From positions 640,001 through 704,000 of the forward strand of contig CAWGMQ010000007.1 in assembly GCA_963823665.1 (NCBI GenBank): 64,000 nucleotides of DNA. Reading direction: 5' to 3'. Positions 41,401-51,805 of this stretch are shown here, one piece after another. The position numbers and the translations under genes were made by a program. Source of the stretch: an uncultured Planctomycetota bacterium (GTDB lineage Bacteria; Planctomycetota; Planctomycetia; Isosphaerales; Isosphaeraceae). Positions within the stretch are counted from its first letter, which is position 1, and each line of letters begins with the position of its first letter. The notes under the pieces are model-generated. The model was given only the letters and a program-made list of their open reading frames with translations, had not been told where the DNA came from and did no database searches.

Positions 41401-44280
41401 GAAGTTCCCGATGGGGAAGCCGTCACGCTGGAAGACGCTGACAACGACAACGCCGTTGTCGCGACCGGCACGCTCGCGGGCGGGACGGCGAATGTCGCGG
41501 TAACAACTCTGAGTGGCGGGGCTCATGACATCTTCGCGGTCTATGGCGGCGATTCGACCCTGACCGGCAGCCAGTCGAGCACGGTCACTCAGACGGTCAA
41601 CCAGGCGCCGACGTTTACCAGCGCTCCTGACGTCACATTCACCGTGGGTGCCTCCGACAGCTTCACCGTCACGGCCAGCGGCTACTCGACGCCAACCTTG
41701 AGCGAGAACACCAACGACGTCCTACCCAGTGGCATCACGTTCGATCCGTCCACCGGCATTTTGAGCGGCACACCGGCCCTGGGCACCGTCGGCATCTACA
41801 CCCTGAACTTCACGGCCGACAATGGGATCGGTAATGATGCGACGCAGAAGTTCACCCTGACCATCGGCGCGGCGACGCCCGTCATCACCTGGAACACACC
41901 GAATCCGATCACCTACGGTACGCCGCTCGACAGCACGGAGCTGGATGCGACCGCGAATGTTTCCGGCACCTACGCCTATACCCAGGCGGCGGGAACCGTG
42001 CTGCCGGCCGTGAACACGCCGTTGCTGGCGGTGACCTTCACGCCCACCGACACGGCCGACTATGCCACGGTCACACAGACGGTTCCCATCGAGGTAGACC
42101 CGGCGCCGTTGACGGTGTACGCGGACTCCCAGACCATGCCCTACGATTCGGTGGTCCCTGCCTTGACGTTCACCGCCTACGGATTCGTCAATGGCGATAC
42201 GGCCGCCTCGCTGCCGGGATCGCTCGCGACCGTGGCGACCTCGACGATTGCCGTCGGCTCCTACGACATCACGCTGGGAACTCTCGGAAGCTTCGCAGAC
42301 AGTGAGAGCAGCAATCTGTCGAACTACAACATCACCTACTTCGACGCGGACCTGACCGTCACCCAGGCCACGCCGACGATCACCTGGACGCCGCCGTCCG
42401 CGATCGACGACCAGACGCCGCTCAGCAGCGCGCTACTGGATGCGACGGCCAACGTTCTGGGCACGTTTGTGTACTCCCCCGCGGCCGGAACGATCCTGTC
42501 GGCGGGAACGCAGACGCTCTCGGTTACGTTCATGCCCGACGACACGGTGGACTATTCCACCGAGTACACATCGGTTTCACTCACGGTTGCCAGCGCCGCG
42601 GCCCCGGCGGTGACCACGCAACCGTCGAGCCAGACTGTCAGCGCCGGCGGGATGGCGGAATTCACGGCTGCCGCAAGCGGTGGTCCGAGTCCTTTCCTCC
42701 AGTGGCAGGTGAACTCCGGCAGCGGCTGGAACGATGTGAACCTCGGCGGCGTTTACAGCCTTGACGCAAACGGCGATTTGATCGTCATCGGCGCGCCGAC
42801 CACACTGAACGGCAACCAGTACCAGGCGGTCTTCAGCAACAACTCCGGCAGCGTGACGACCGACATCGTCACATTGAACGTCACCCCGATCACCACCACG
42901 ACCGGTCTGATTGATTACGGGCCGATTCCTGCGACCACCGCGCAGCCGATCAGCTTGACCGTAACAGTCAGCGGCGGCGCGCCGGACGGCGAGCTCGTGA
43001 CGATCGAGGATGCCAGCAATGGCAATGCCGTGGTACCCACCACCGGCAATACGCTCGCCGGCGGCTCGGCGACTCTCACGATCGCGGCCGGTGCGTTGAG
43101 CGCCGGGACGCATGACCTGTTCGCGGTCTATGGCGGCGAAGGCACCTTCGCGGGAAGTCACTCTCCCATGGTGAGCCAGACCGTGAACGCAGTCGCAATC
43201 ACGATCACGACCCAGCCGACGGATCAGTCCGTCGCGGTCGGGTCTACCGCCACGTTCACCGCCGCGGCCAGCGGCAACCCGACGCCGACCGTCCAATGGC
43301 AGCAGAGCACCAGCGGCAGTAGCTGGTCCAACATCAATGGCGCCACTTCGACGACGTTCACGCTCGCGCATGTCAGCTTCTCCCAGGACGGCGATGCGTA
43401 CCGGGCGATCTTCACCAACAGTGTCGGCAGCGCGACCAGTAACCCCGCGACGCTTACGGTCGAAGCGGCGCCGGTGATCGTTGCGCCAGTCCTCGCGACC
43501 ATTCCGAGCCAATTGGTAAACGTCGGCCGGACGCTCGAGCTGAATGTGAGCCGGTACGCCTCCGACCCGAACACGCCCCCCTTGCCCTTGACGTACCGTT
43601 TAGTCGGCAGTCCACCAGCGGGGGCGAGCCTTGATCCGGCCACCGGAATCATGACCTGGGCGGTAGGGGCCAATCAGCCGATCGGGACGTATGCGGTCAC
43701 GGTCCTGGTGTCCGATAATGGCTCGCCCGCGCGGACAGCCTCGGAGACGATCAACGTCAACATTGTCGATTCCATTCCGGTGAAGATCTCCTCGGCGACG
43801 GTGAATACGAAGAAGGGCTTCGCGATCACGCTGACCTTGTCCGGGCCCGTGAACCCGGTCACGGCGACGAATCCCAACAATTACATCCTGACCGAGCCGG
43901 CCAAGAAGCCCAGGTCCAAGAAGAAGCCGGCGCCTCCGCCGATTCGGATCAAGCTGAGGGCGACCTACAACCCGGCGACGAACCAGGTCATCCTGAAGGG
44001 ACCCAAGACCGTGAAGACGAGTCCGGCCCTCTCGTTCACCGTCGTCGGAACCGGCATCGCCAAGCTGGATGGCCTGGACCTCGCCGGTAACGGTGGGCTG
44101 CCGGGCACAAACTATGCCGCCTCGGTGACGAAGAAATCGGTCAGTCCCGCCAGCGCGGTCGCGGGGAATGTCATCGCAGTGCCGACATCGCGTCATCCGG
44201 CTGGTCCGATTGCCCTGGCCCGAATCCCCGCGAAAGCTAGCCGTCAATTCAAAGACTCACCACTTTTTATTGCACCGTGA
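32423..44280 (+). CDS. Giant (about 3950 aa) secreted adhesin-like protein: Ig-like domains, He_PIG-like repeats, FN3, BNR beta-propeller, beta-helical stretches, MBG-like and cadherin-like domains, basic C-terminal domain; frameshift near 33720
   Basis: RRLNLEALENRIML signal; LSFDASTGVLSGTP repeats; Asp-boxes KTTNGGKTW, RSTDGGANF, SYDDGASW; 1-nt deletion visible against the sister repeat at 33441. Confidence 0.88.
32890..34220 (+). repeat. Five tandem intragenic repeats of about 270 bp (putative Ig domains)
   Basis: Near-identical units starting near 32890, 33160, 33430, 33700 and 33969. Confidence 0.9.
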
Positions 44281-44328
44281 GGGGCAGGCCGCGCGGTTAG
44301 AGGTGTATGGCGCGCTCCAATCACGGTG
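44264..44328 (+). promoter_or_regulatory. Motif A copy 2, overlapping the stop codon of the giant gene
   Basis: TGCACC (44271)-17 nt-CGGTTA (44294), then GAGGTGTATGG...TCACGGTG. Confidence 0.65.
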
Positions 44329-44412
44329 AACCGGGATTCTCGCGGTGGTAATGCCAATCCTGTGCCAGGGTTCTGAGTGACCCCGTCCTTCACTCCAAAT
44401 GGAGAGCCTCCG

Positions 44413-47283
44413 ATGCTGCTTTCAACCGCCCTCTCAGCCCGAACCACGAATGACCTCCGCAAGCGCGGCGAACGCCTTCGGCGGCCCACGCCCGGCGGGC
44501 GCCGGTCTGCCCGTCCCCGGCTCGAAATGCTGGAAAATCGAACCTTGCTCAGCGTCGATGTTGTCACCAACACCAACGACAGCGGCCCGGGATCGCTGCG
44601 CGCGACGATCGGCGGCGCCTCGAGCGGCGATACCATCGAGTTCGCGAGCAATGTCACGGGCACCATCACGCTGTCGGCGACCAATGGCCCGCTGGATATC
44701 ACGCAAAAGCTGGAAATCGAAGGCCCAGGCGCCAACAACCTCACGATCAGCGGCAATGATGCTACCGAGGTGTTCGAGGTCGAGTCCGGTGCGACCGCGA
44801 GCATCGCCGGATTGACCATCGCCGATGGCTCGGCCGAGTACGGCGGCGGCATCTGGAACGGTGGCACGCTGACGGTCACTAACTCCACTCTCTCCGGCAA
44901 CTCGGGCACGTACGGGATCCGCGCGACCATCCCCGGCTTGGGCGGCGGCATCTTCAACGGTGGCGGCACGCTGACGGTCACCAACTCGACTCTCTCGGGC
45001 AACTCGGCCACGGACGGCGGCGGCATCTTCAACGGTGGCGGCACGCTGACGGTCACCGACTCGACGCTCGCGGGCAATTCGGCCTCCGCATCCGCCGGCG
45101 GCATCTATAACGACGGGGGCACGCTGACGGTCACCGACTCGACGCTCGCGGGCAATTCGGCCTCCTATTTCGGCGGCGGCGTGGTCACCTACGAACCGGT
45201 CGCCGTGACGACCCTCGGCGACACGATTATCGCGACGAACACAGCCCCAACGGGACCTGATGTTTACGGACCCGTCACCAGCCTCGGCTACAACTTGATC
45301 GGCAACTCAACAGGCGGCAGCAGCTTCGCGGCCACCGACCTGGTCAACGTCAATCCGCTCCTCGGCCCCTTGCAAAATAACGGGGGCCCCACCGAGACCA
45401 TGGCCCTCCTGCCCGGCAGCCCCGCCATCGACGCCGGCAACGTCGCCCTGGCCGTGGATGCCAACGGCAACCCATTGACCACCGACCAGCGCGGAGTCCA
45501 GCGCGACGTCTTTGGCGGCGTCGACATCGGCGCGTTCGAGGTTCAGGTCTACCAGGTCTCCTTCACGACCGACAGCGGCGGAGGCTCGCTGCGCTCGGCC
45601 ATGATTCAGGCCAACCAGTACGGCGGCAGCATCATCGCCTTCTCGACCAGCGGCGTCATCACTCTGGCGAGCCCCTTGCCGGCCATCAGCGACGACGTCC
45701 AGATACTCGGCCCGGGCGCCAACGTTCTGACGGTCAGCGGCTATTTTGCTAACCGGGTGTTCCAGCTCGATCCCGCTGCGACCGCAACCATAGCCGGATT
45801 GACGATCGCCGATGGCTCGGCCTCGTCCGGCGGCGGCATCTTTAACGCTGGCACGCTGACGGTGACCAACTGCTCGCTCTCGGGCAACTCGGCCCAGGTG
45901 GGCGGCGGCATTGAGAACGCTGGCACGCTGACGGTGACCAACTGCACGCTCTCGGACAACTCAGCGGGCGAGAGCGGCGGCGGCGTCACTAACGATGGCC
46001 ACATGAGAATCACAAACTGCACGCTCTCGGGCAACTCGGCCCCGAACGGCGGAGGCATCGTTAACGTCGTCGCCCGTGGATTCGAGAGTTTTGTCGATGG
46101 CACGTTGGCGGTCACCAACTGCACGCTCTCGGGCAACTCGGCCAGCACAATCGGCGGCGGCATCCTCGCGTTCCCGGGGGGCACGGTGACGCTCGCCAAC
46201 ACGATCGTCGCCACGAACACAGCCCCGACGGGACCTGATGTGGACGGATCCGTCACCAGCCTGGGTCATAACCTCATCGCCAACTCATCCGGCGGCATCG
46301 GCTTCGTGGCCGCCGACCTGCTCAACGTCAATCCTCTCCTCGGCCCGTTGCAGAATAACGGCGGGCCCACTGAGACCATGGCCCTTCTGCCCGGCAGCCC
46401 CGCCATCGGCGCCGGCAGCGTCGCCCTCATCCCGGCCGGTATCTCGACCGACCAGCGCGGATTTGCGCGCATCGTCAACGGCACGGTTGACATCGGTGCC
46501 TTCGAGAGCCCGCTGGGGCCAGCCGCTCGGCTCGTGATCCACACCGAGCCGTCGGCGACAGTCAAAGCCGGCCAGGCGTTCGCCACCCAGCCGGTAATTT
46601 ACGTGGAGGACCAGTCCGGCCACATTGAGACGGGCGACAACAGCACGCAGGTGACGGTGTCACTACAGAGCGGCAGCGGCCCCCTGCAAGGAACCCAGAC
46701 AGTCACCGTTTCGGGAGGCATCGCCACGTTCACCAATCTGGCCGACAATACGGCCGGGACGATCAGCCTCCTCTTCGCCAGCGTTCCGACTCTCACCTCA
46801 GCCGCATCGAACAACATCGTCATCAGTCCCGCTCAGGCGAGCCAGCTCGTGATCCACACCCAGCCATCGCCCACGGCTACGACCGGCCAGCCGTTTCCCA
46901 CCCAGCCGGTCATTTACGAAGAGGACCAATATGGCAACCTGGAGACGGGCGACAACACCACGCAGGTGACGGCGTCGCTGCGCGTCGGCACCGGCCCGCT
47001 CCTGGGCACGACCACCGTCACGGTGGCGACAGGCATCGCGACCTTCACCAATCTGGCCGACAACACGGCCGAGACCATCATTCTCAATTTCACCAGCCCT
47101 GGGCTGGCCAAGGCCACGTCCAACCCGATCACCATCACGGGTCCGCCCAAAGGGCAGGTCGTCATCGGCTCGGCCAAAGCTCATGTCAAGGTCAAGCTCA
47201 ACGAAACCAGCCGGGCCAAGAGCCGCCACGCGATCGGAGGCGATAGCCGTCTTACCACGACCAGACCTCGACGGACACGCTGA
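44413..47283 (+). CDS. Secreted beta-helix protein with two choice-of-anchor Q-like domains and two Ig-like domains
   Basis: RPRLEMLENRTLLS, VTNTNDSGPGSLR, GGGI.N.GTLTVTNSTLSGN repeats, twice LGPLQNNGGPTETMALLPGSPAI..TDQRG..DIGAFE; GGAGAG SD. Confidence 0.88.
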   Translation: MLLSTALSARTTNDLRKRGERLRRPTPGGRRSARPRLEMLENRTLLSVDVVTNTNDSGPGSLRATIGGASSGDTIEFASNVTGTITLSATNGPLDITQKLEIEGPGANNLTISGNDATEVFEVESGATASIAGLTIADGSAEYGGGIWNGGTLTVTNSTLSGNSGTYGIRATIPGLGGGIFNGGGTLTVTNSTLSGNSATDGGGIFNGGGTLTVTDSTLAGNSASASAGGIYNDGGTLTVTDSTLAGNSASYFGGGVVTYEPVAVTTLGDTIIATNTAPTGPDVYGPVTSLGYNLIGNSTGGSSFAATDLVNVNPLLGPLQNNGGPTETMALLPGSPAIDAGNVALAVDANGNPLTTDQRGVQRDVFGGVDIGAFEVQVYQVSFTTDSGGGSLRSAMIQANQYGGSIIAFSTSGVITLASPLPAISDDVQILGPGANVLTVSGYFANRVFQLDPAATATIAGLTIADGSASSGGGIFNAGTLTVTNCSLSGNSAQVGGGIENAGTLTVTNCTLSDNSAGESGGGVTNDGHMRITNCTLSGNSAPNGGGIVNVVARGFESFVDGTLAVTNCTLSGNSASTIGGGILAFPGGTVTLANTIVATNTAPTGPDVDGSVTSLGHNLIANSSGGIGFVAADLLNVNPLLGPLQNNGGPTETMALLPGSPAIGAGSVALIPAGISTDQRGFARIVNGTVDIGAFESPLGPAARLVIHTEPSATVKAGQAFATQPVIYVEDQSGHIETGDNSTQVTVSLQSGSGPLQGTQTVTVSGGIATFTNLADNTAGTISLLFASVPTLTSAASNNIVISPAQASQLVIHTQPSPTATTGQPFPTQPVIYEEDQYGNLETGDNTTQVTASLRVGTGPLLGTTTVTVATGIATFTNLADNTAETIILNFTSPGLAKATSNPITITGPPKGQVVIGSAKAHVKVKLNETSRAKSRHAIGGDSRLTTTRPRRTR

Positions 47284-47374
47284 TTGCTTGATTCGCAGTG
47301 TCTCACCGGCCCGGCCGGCCCCTGGCGCTCAGTCTGCGCGCCGGGGACGAGAACTGTCGACAAGGACAAGTCAC

Positions 47375-47435
47375 CCAGCTCCGGCGATCGATCCGCGCGC
47401 CTGGGCGAAACTGTTCTTTCACGCCGATCGGTTCT
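47375..47435 (+). repeat. Conserved spacer between secreted-protein gene and ECF gene (second copy 61308-61368)
   Basis: ccagctccggcgatc.atccgcgc...tttcacgc.gatcggttct present in both modules. Confidence 0.7.
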
Positions 47436-47578
47436 CTGCAAGAGTGGATGTTGATTGGCTCCCGGTGGCTTGTTGGTCATCCGCTGTTCGTCGATGATGT
47501 CCAATAGGTGCTCGACCGAGTGACGTCCGATGCGTCGGTCGCCGCGGATCTGCGCGATATCAAGCGCGAAGGAATCTG

Positions 47579-48154
47579 ATGAGCGACGTGACTCGAATCC
47601 TGACGGCCATCGAGCAAGGCAATCCCCAGGCTGCCGAACAGCTTTTGCCATTCGTCTACGACGAGCTGCGCAAGCTTGCCGCTCAGAGGCTGAAGCAGGA
47701 GAAGCCCGGGCAGACGCTCCAGGCCACCGCACTGGTCCACGAGGCGTATCTCCGGCTGGTCGACGCGTCCAAAATCCAGCGATGGGACAGCCGGGGCCAT
47801 TTCTTTGCGGCCGCGGCCGAAGCGATGCGGCGGATTCTTCTCAATCGCGCACGCGACAAGAAGCGTGACAAGAGAGGCGGCGACCGCCTGCGCGTCGATC
47901 TCGACCACATCGAAATCGCCCTGGACACCAGTGACGAACAACTGATTGCCCTCGATGATGCGCTCACCCAGTTTGCCGAGGAGGATCCCGACGCCGCCCG
48001 GCTGGTGAACCTGCGGTTCTTCGCGGGGCTCACCTTGCGCGATGCCGCCGTCTCCCTCGGGCTGTCCCAGCGGACCGCAGAGCGTCAATGGTCCTATGCT
48101 CGCGCCTGGCTCTATGCCCGTCTCAGTCAGGACGCCGCCCCAAACGCCGATTGA
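47579..48154 (+). CDS. ECF sigma factor, ECF43/TIGR02999 type
   Basis: VYDELRKLA, TLQATALVHEAYLRL, RTAERQWSYARAWL. Confidence 0.93.
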   Translation: MSDVTRILTAIEQGNPQAAEQLLPFVYDELRKLAAQRLKQEKPGQTLQATALVHEAYLRLVDASKIQRWDSRGHFFAAAAEAMRRILLNRARDKKRDKRGGDRLRVDLDHIEIALDTSDEQLIALDDALTQFAEEDPDAARLVNLRFFAGLTLRDAAVSLGLSQRTAERQWSYARAWLYARLSQDAAPNAD

Positions 48155-48171
48155 GGCTTCCGGTATTTCTT

Positions 48172-48209
48172 TGGCGGGTTTCGCCTGAAACGGGGCATTG
48201 AGTAACGGA
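48172..48209 (+). promoter_or_regulatory. Motif B copy 1 (38 bp), upstream of kinase
   Basis: TGGCGGGTTTCGCCtGAAACGGGGCATTGAGTAACGGA. Confidence 0.7.
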
Positions 48210-48228
48210 CCACGAACGGGGACTGTCG

Positions 48229-51200
48229 ATGAGTGATGCAAAAGCTGATGCGAAGGCGATCTTCCTCGAAGCCCTGGAATGCAAGGGCGCCCTCGAGTTG
48301 ATGCGCTTTCTCGATCAAGCATGCGGGGCCGACGCGGTCTTGCGCGGGCGTGTCGAGGAGCTGCTGCGGGCTCATCAGAATGCGGGCGCTTTCCTGGGCG
48401 GGGCCGAGCAAGAAGACACCACACGCGATCGACCGATTGCAGAACGCCCCGGCACGATCATCGGTCCCTACAAGCTGCTGGAGCAGATCGGCGAAGGGGG
48501 CTTCGGCGTTGTCTTCATGGCCGAACAGACGCAGCCCTTGCGCCGCAAGGTCGCGCTCAAGGTGCTCAAACCCGGAATGGACACGCGCCAGGTCGTGGCG
48601 CGCTTCGAGGCCGAGCGGCAGGCGCTGGCGATCATGGACCATCCCCATATCGCCAAGGTCCTGGACGGCGGCGCCACCGAAACGGGCCGGCCGTATTTCG
48701 TCATGGAGCTGGTGCGGGGCGTGCCGATCACCGAGTTCTGCGACCACAACCTCCTGACGCCACGGCAGAGGCTGGAGCTCTTCATCCCCGTGTGCCAGGC
48801 CATCCAGCACGCACATCAGAAGGGTATCATCCACCGCGACCTGAAGCCGTCCAACGTGCTCGTGTCGCGGCATGACACCACGCCGGTGGTCAAGGTGATC
48901 GATTTTGGCGTGGCCAAGGCGCTCGGGCAGGTGCTGACCGACAAGACGCTGTTCACCGGCATCGCCCAGATGATCGGGACGCCGCTGTACATGTCGCCGG
49001 AACAAGCCGGCATGAGCGATCTCGATATCGACACCCGCAGCGACATCTATTCGCTGGGTGTGTTGCTCTACGAGCTGCTGACCGGTACCACGCCGTTCGA
49101 TAAGGGGCGTTTCACGCAGGCGGCGCAGGACGATATCCGCCGCATCATCCGGGAAGAAGAGCCGCCGCGGCCGAGCACGAGGCTGTCGGATTCGAAGGAA
49201 ACGCTGGCGTCGATCTCGGCGCTCAGGGGCATGGAGCCGGCGAAACTGACCAAGCTCGTGCGCGGCGAGCTCGACTGGATCGTGATGAAGGCGCTCGACA
49301 AAGACCGCAATCGGCGTTACGAAACGGCCAACTCCATCGCGGCAGACATCGAGCGCTACCTGAAGGATGAGCCGGTGCAAGCCTGCCCGCCCGGCGCCGG
49401 CTATCGGATACGCAAGTTCGTGTCGCGCAACCGGGCACCACTCTTCACAAGCGCGGCGATCGGGCTCGCGACGCTGGTGCTCTTCGCAGCCATGGCGTGG
49501 ACTGCCTGGGAAAGGCACTCACGCTCGATCCAGCGGGCCAACGAAATGTCAGCGCGCGCGGCCGTGCTGTCGGCCCGATTGCCTGACATTCTTTCGGACA
49601 TCACCCGTCTCGAGGAACAGCAGGCATGGCCCGAGGCGCTGGCAGCGGCCCGCCGTGCCGAGACGGCGATCGAAGTCGGCCAGGGGGACGCCGAGATCGC
49701 TGCGACCGTACGCACGCACGTCGCCGAGCTTCAGTTCGTCGAGCGAATCGAGGTGGCCCGATCGATGCGCGACGTCGACGCCGGGCATTCGAACTTCGAC
49801 GAGATGGGGCGTGTCCTGGCGCCGGGAGTCGCACGCGCCGGCCCCTTGGATGGCGGACCTTCGAGCTTGGAGGGGATCGAGCGTGCCTATAACGAGGCAT
49901 TCGCTGGATTCGGCGTTGACGTGAAGAACCCATCGACCGCCAAGGCGAGCACGAGACTGCGACAAGCGCCCGGCACCCTGCACGCGGTTGCCGCAGCGCT
50001 CGACGACTGGGCCGCAGTGAGGCGGGACAGATCCGATCCTGGCGCGAGGCACCTCGCGGAGCTGGCGCTTGCGATCGATGACGACCCGTTCCGACGGGAG
50101 ATTCGCCGGGCGATTCTTAGCCAGAATGTCGAGACGCTGCGTCGGCTGGCTAAAGAGATGCCGAGAACCCCACAGCCGGCTGCGACCCTCTGGCTCATCG
50201 GAATCGCGCAGCCGACCACCAATGAGCGCGCCGAAGCGTTGATGCATGCGCAGGTCGAGTATCCGGCGGACTTCTGGATCAATTTCCATCTCGGGCACAA
50301 TCTGATCCACTCTCGTCCTACTCAGCAAGACCACGGCGCCCGCTTCCTCCAGGCAGCGCTGGCGCTGCGTCCGTCGTCCCGCGTTCGCGCTCATCTCGCT
50401 CATGTCCTCGTTCGACTGCACCGCCGCGAGGAGGCCGACGCCGTGATTCGCCAGGGATTGAGCCTGAACCCCGGGGACGCGTCACTTTATTGGGCGCTTG
50501 GTCATCTCTACGCCTGGCAGGGGAAGCGTGAGGCGGCCCTCGCAGCCGAACGCACTGCCGTTGGGCTCGACCCGGGCCTGGCGGTCGCCCAGATCGACAT
50601 GGGCGGAGCCTTGATCAGCCTGGGGCGATTCGACGAAGCGATTGGAGCCCTCCGCAAAGCAATCGAGATCGATCCAACTTCCCCGTGGGCACATATTTCT
50701 CTCAGTGCCGCGCTACGGGAGAAGAAGCAGTACCGCGAGTCGCTGGCCGCATACGAGACGGCGAAAAAACTCGACCCAGGCAACGAAGTGCTGGCCAGAG
50801 AGATCGGCTTCATGATCGAGGCACAAAATGGTCTGGATGGCTTGATCGCTTACTGGCGCCGGGAGATGGAAAAGAACCCCAAGGACTGGAGGTCTCCCCT
50901 GTACCTCGGGTTCGCGCTCGCACGCAACGGGCAAGTCGATGAGGGCCTCGCCTGCCTCGAAAAGTCGATCTCGCTCTCCCCGACAGACCCCGCTGAGCTT
51001 GCCATTGCGTATGCCGACTTTGGTCGGCTTCTCAGTGACAAGGGGCGTCTCGACGAGGCGATCGTCTTGTTTCGGAAAGGCATCGAGATCCAACCGAGAT
51101 ATGAGTTAATACCCGACGTTCTCGCGTGGGCCCACATAGGACTTGGCGAGGCCCTGCGGCGACAAGCCAAGCTCGACCTGGCCATCGCCGCTGTTCGAAA

Positions 51201-51729
51201 ATCGATCGAGATCAAACCCGGGTTCGTGAGGGGGCACCACGCGCTGATCATGACGCTGCAGCAGCAAGGGAGGTCGCAAGAGGCGATCATCTGGCTGGGA
51301 AAAGCGACCGCGCTCGATCCCACTCACCCGTACGACCGGAACGAACTGGCCTGGTACTTCGTGGCGCAGGTTCCCGAGGAGCATCGCAAACCTGCCGTTG
51401 GCGTCAAACTTGCCCGCGGGGCCGTCGAGCTCGAGCCTGAAAAAGGCACCTACTGGAACACCCTGGGCGTGGCTTACTACCGCGCCGGCGATTGGAATGC
51501 CGCGATCGCAGCGCTCCAGAGAAGCATGGAGCTTCGCAAGGGGGGGGACAGTTGCGACTGGTTCTTCCTGGCCATGGCCCACGAGAAGCTTGGTGACAAG
51601 GAGCAGGCTCGGAAATGGCTCGACCGGGCCATGCAATGGATGGAAAAAAACAAGGTCGAGGATCAGGAATTGATGGCCTTTCGAGCCGAAGCCGCCCAGT
51701 TGCTGGGTGTGGAAGGAAAAAGGAAATGA
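48229..51729 (+). CDS. Membrane-anchored Ser/Thr kinase with TPR domain
   Basis: [29 protein letters not shown] segment, TPRs, WNTLGVAYYR tail. Confidence 0.94.
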   Translation: MSDAKADAKAIFLEALECKGALELMRFLDQACGADAVLRGRVEELLRAHQNAGAFLGGAEQEDTTRDRPIAERPGTIIGPYKLLEQIGEGGFGVVFMAEQTQPLRRKVALKVLKPGMDTRQVVARFEAERQALAIMDHPHIAKVLDGGATETGRPYFVMELVRGVPITEFCDHNLLTPRQRLELFIPVCQAIQHAHQKGIIHRDLKPSNVLVSRHDTTPVVKVIDFGVAKALGQVLTDKTLFTGIAQMIGTPLYMSPEQAGMSDLDIDTRSDIYSLGVLLYELLTGTTPFDKGRFTQAAQDDIRRIIREEEPPRPSTRLSDSKETLASISALRGMEPAKLTKLVRGELDWIVMKALDKDRNRRYETANSIAADIERYLKDEPVQACPPGAGYRIRKFVSRNRAPLFTSAAIGLATLVLFAAMAWTAWERHSRSIQRANEMSARAAVLSARLPDILSDITRLEEQQAWPEALAAARRAETAIEVGQGDAEIAATVRTHVAELQFVERIEVARSMRDVDAGHSNFDEMGRVLAPGVARAGPLDGGPSSLEGIERAYNEAFAGFGVDVKNPSTAKASTRLRQAPGTLHAVAAALDDWAAVRRDRSDPGARHLAELALAIDDDPFRREIRRAILSQNVETLRRLAKEMPRTPQPAATLWLIGIAQPTTNERAEALMHAQVEYPADFWINFHLGHNLIHSRPTQQDHGARFLQAALALRPSSRVRAHLAHVLVRLHRREEADAVIRQGLSLNPGDASLYWALGHLYAWQGKREAALAAERTAVGLDPGLAVAQIDMGGALISLGRFDEAIGALRKAIEIDPTSPWAHISLSAALREKKQYRESLAAYETAKKLDPGNEVLAREIGFMIEAQNGLDGLIAYWRREMEKNPKDWRSPLYLGFALARNGQVDEGLACLEKSISLSPTDPAELAIAYADFGRLLSDKGRLDEAIVLFRKGIEIQPRYELIPDVLAWAHIGLGEALRRQAKLDLAIAAVRKSIEIKPGFVRGHHALIMTLQQQGRSQEAIIWLGKATALDPTHPYDRNELAWYFVAQVPEEHRKPAVGVKLARGAVELEPEKGTYWNTLGVAYYRAGDWNAAIAALQRSMELRKGGDSCDWFFLAMAHEKLGDKEQARKWLDRAMQWMEKNKVEDQELMAFRAEAAQLLGVEGKRK

Positions 51730-51748
51730 CTTCGTTCCCGAAATTCCC

Positions 51749-51786
51749 TGGCGGGTTTCGCCGGAAACGGGGCATTGAATAACGGA
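51749..51786 (+). promoter_or_regulatory. Motif B copy 2
   Basis: One mismatch to the consensus; 19 nt before the kinase ATG. Confidence 0.7.
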
Positions 51787-51805
51787 ACATGAGCGGGGAC
51801 CGTCT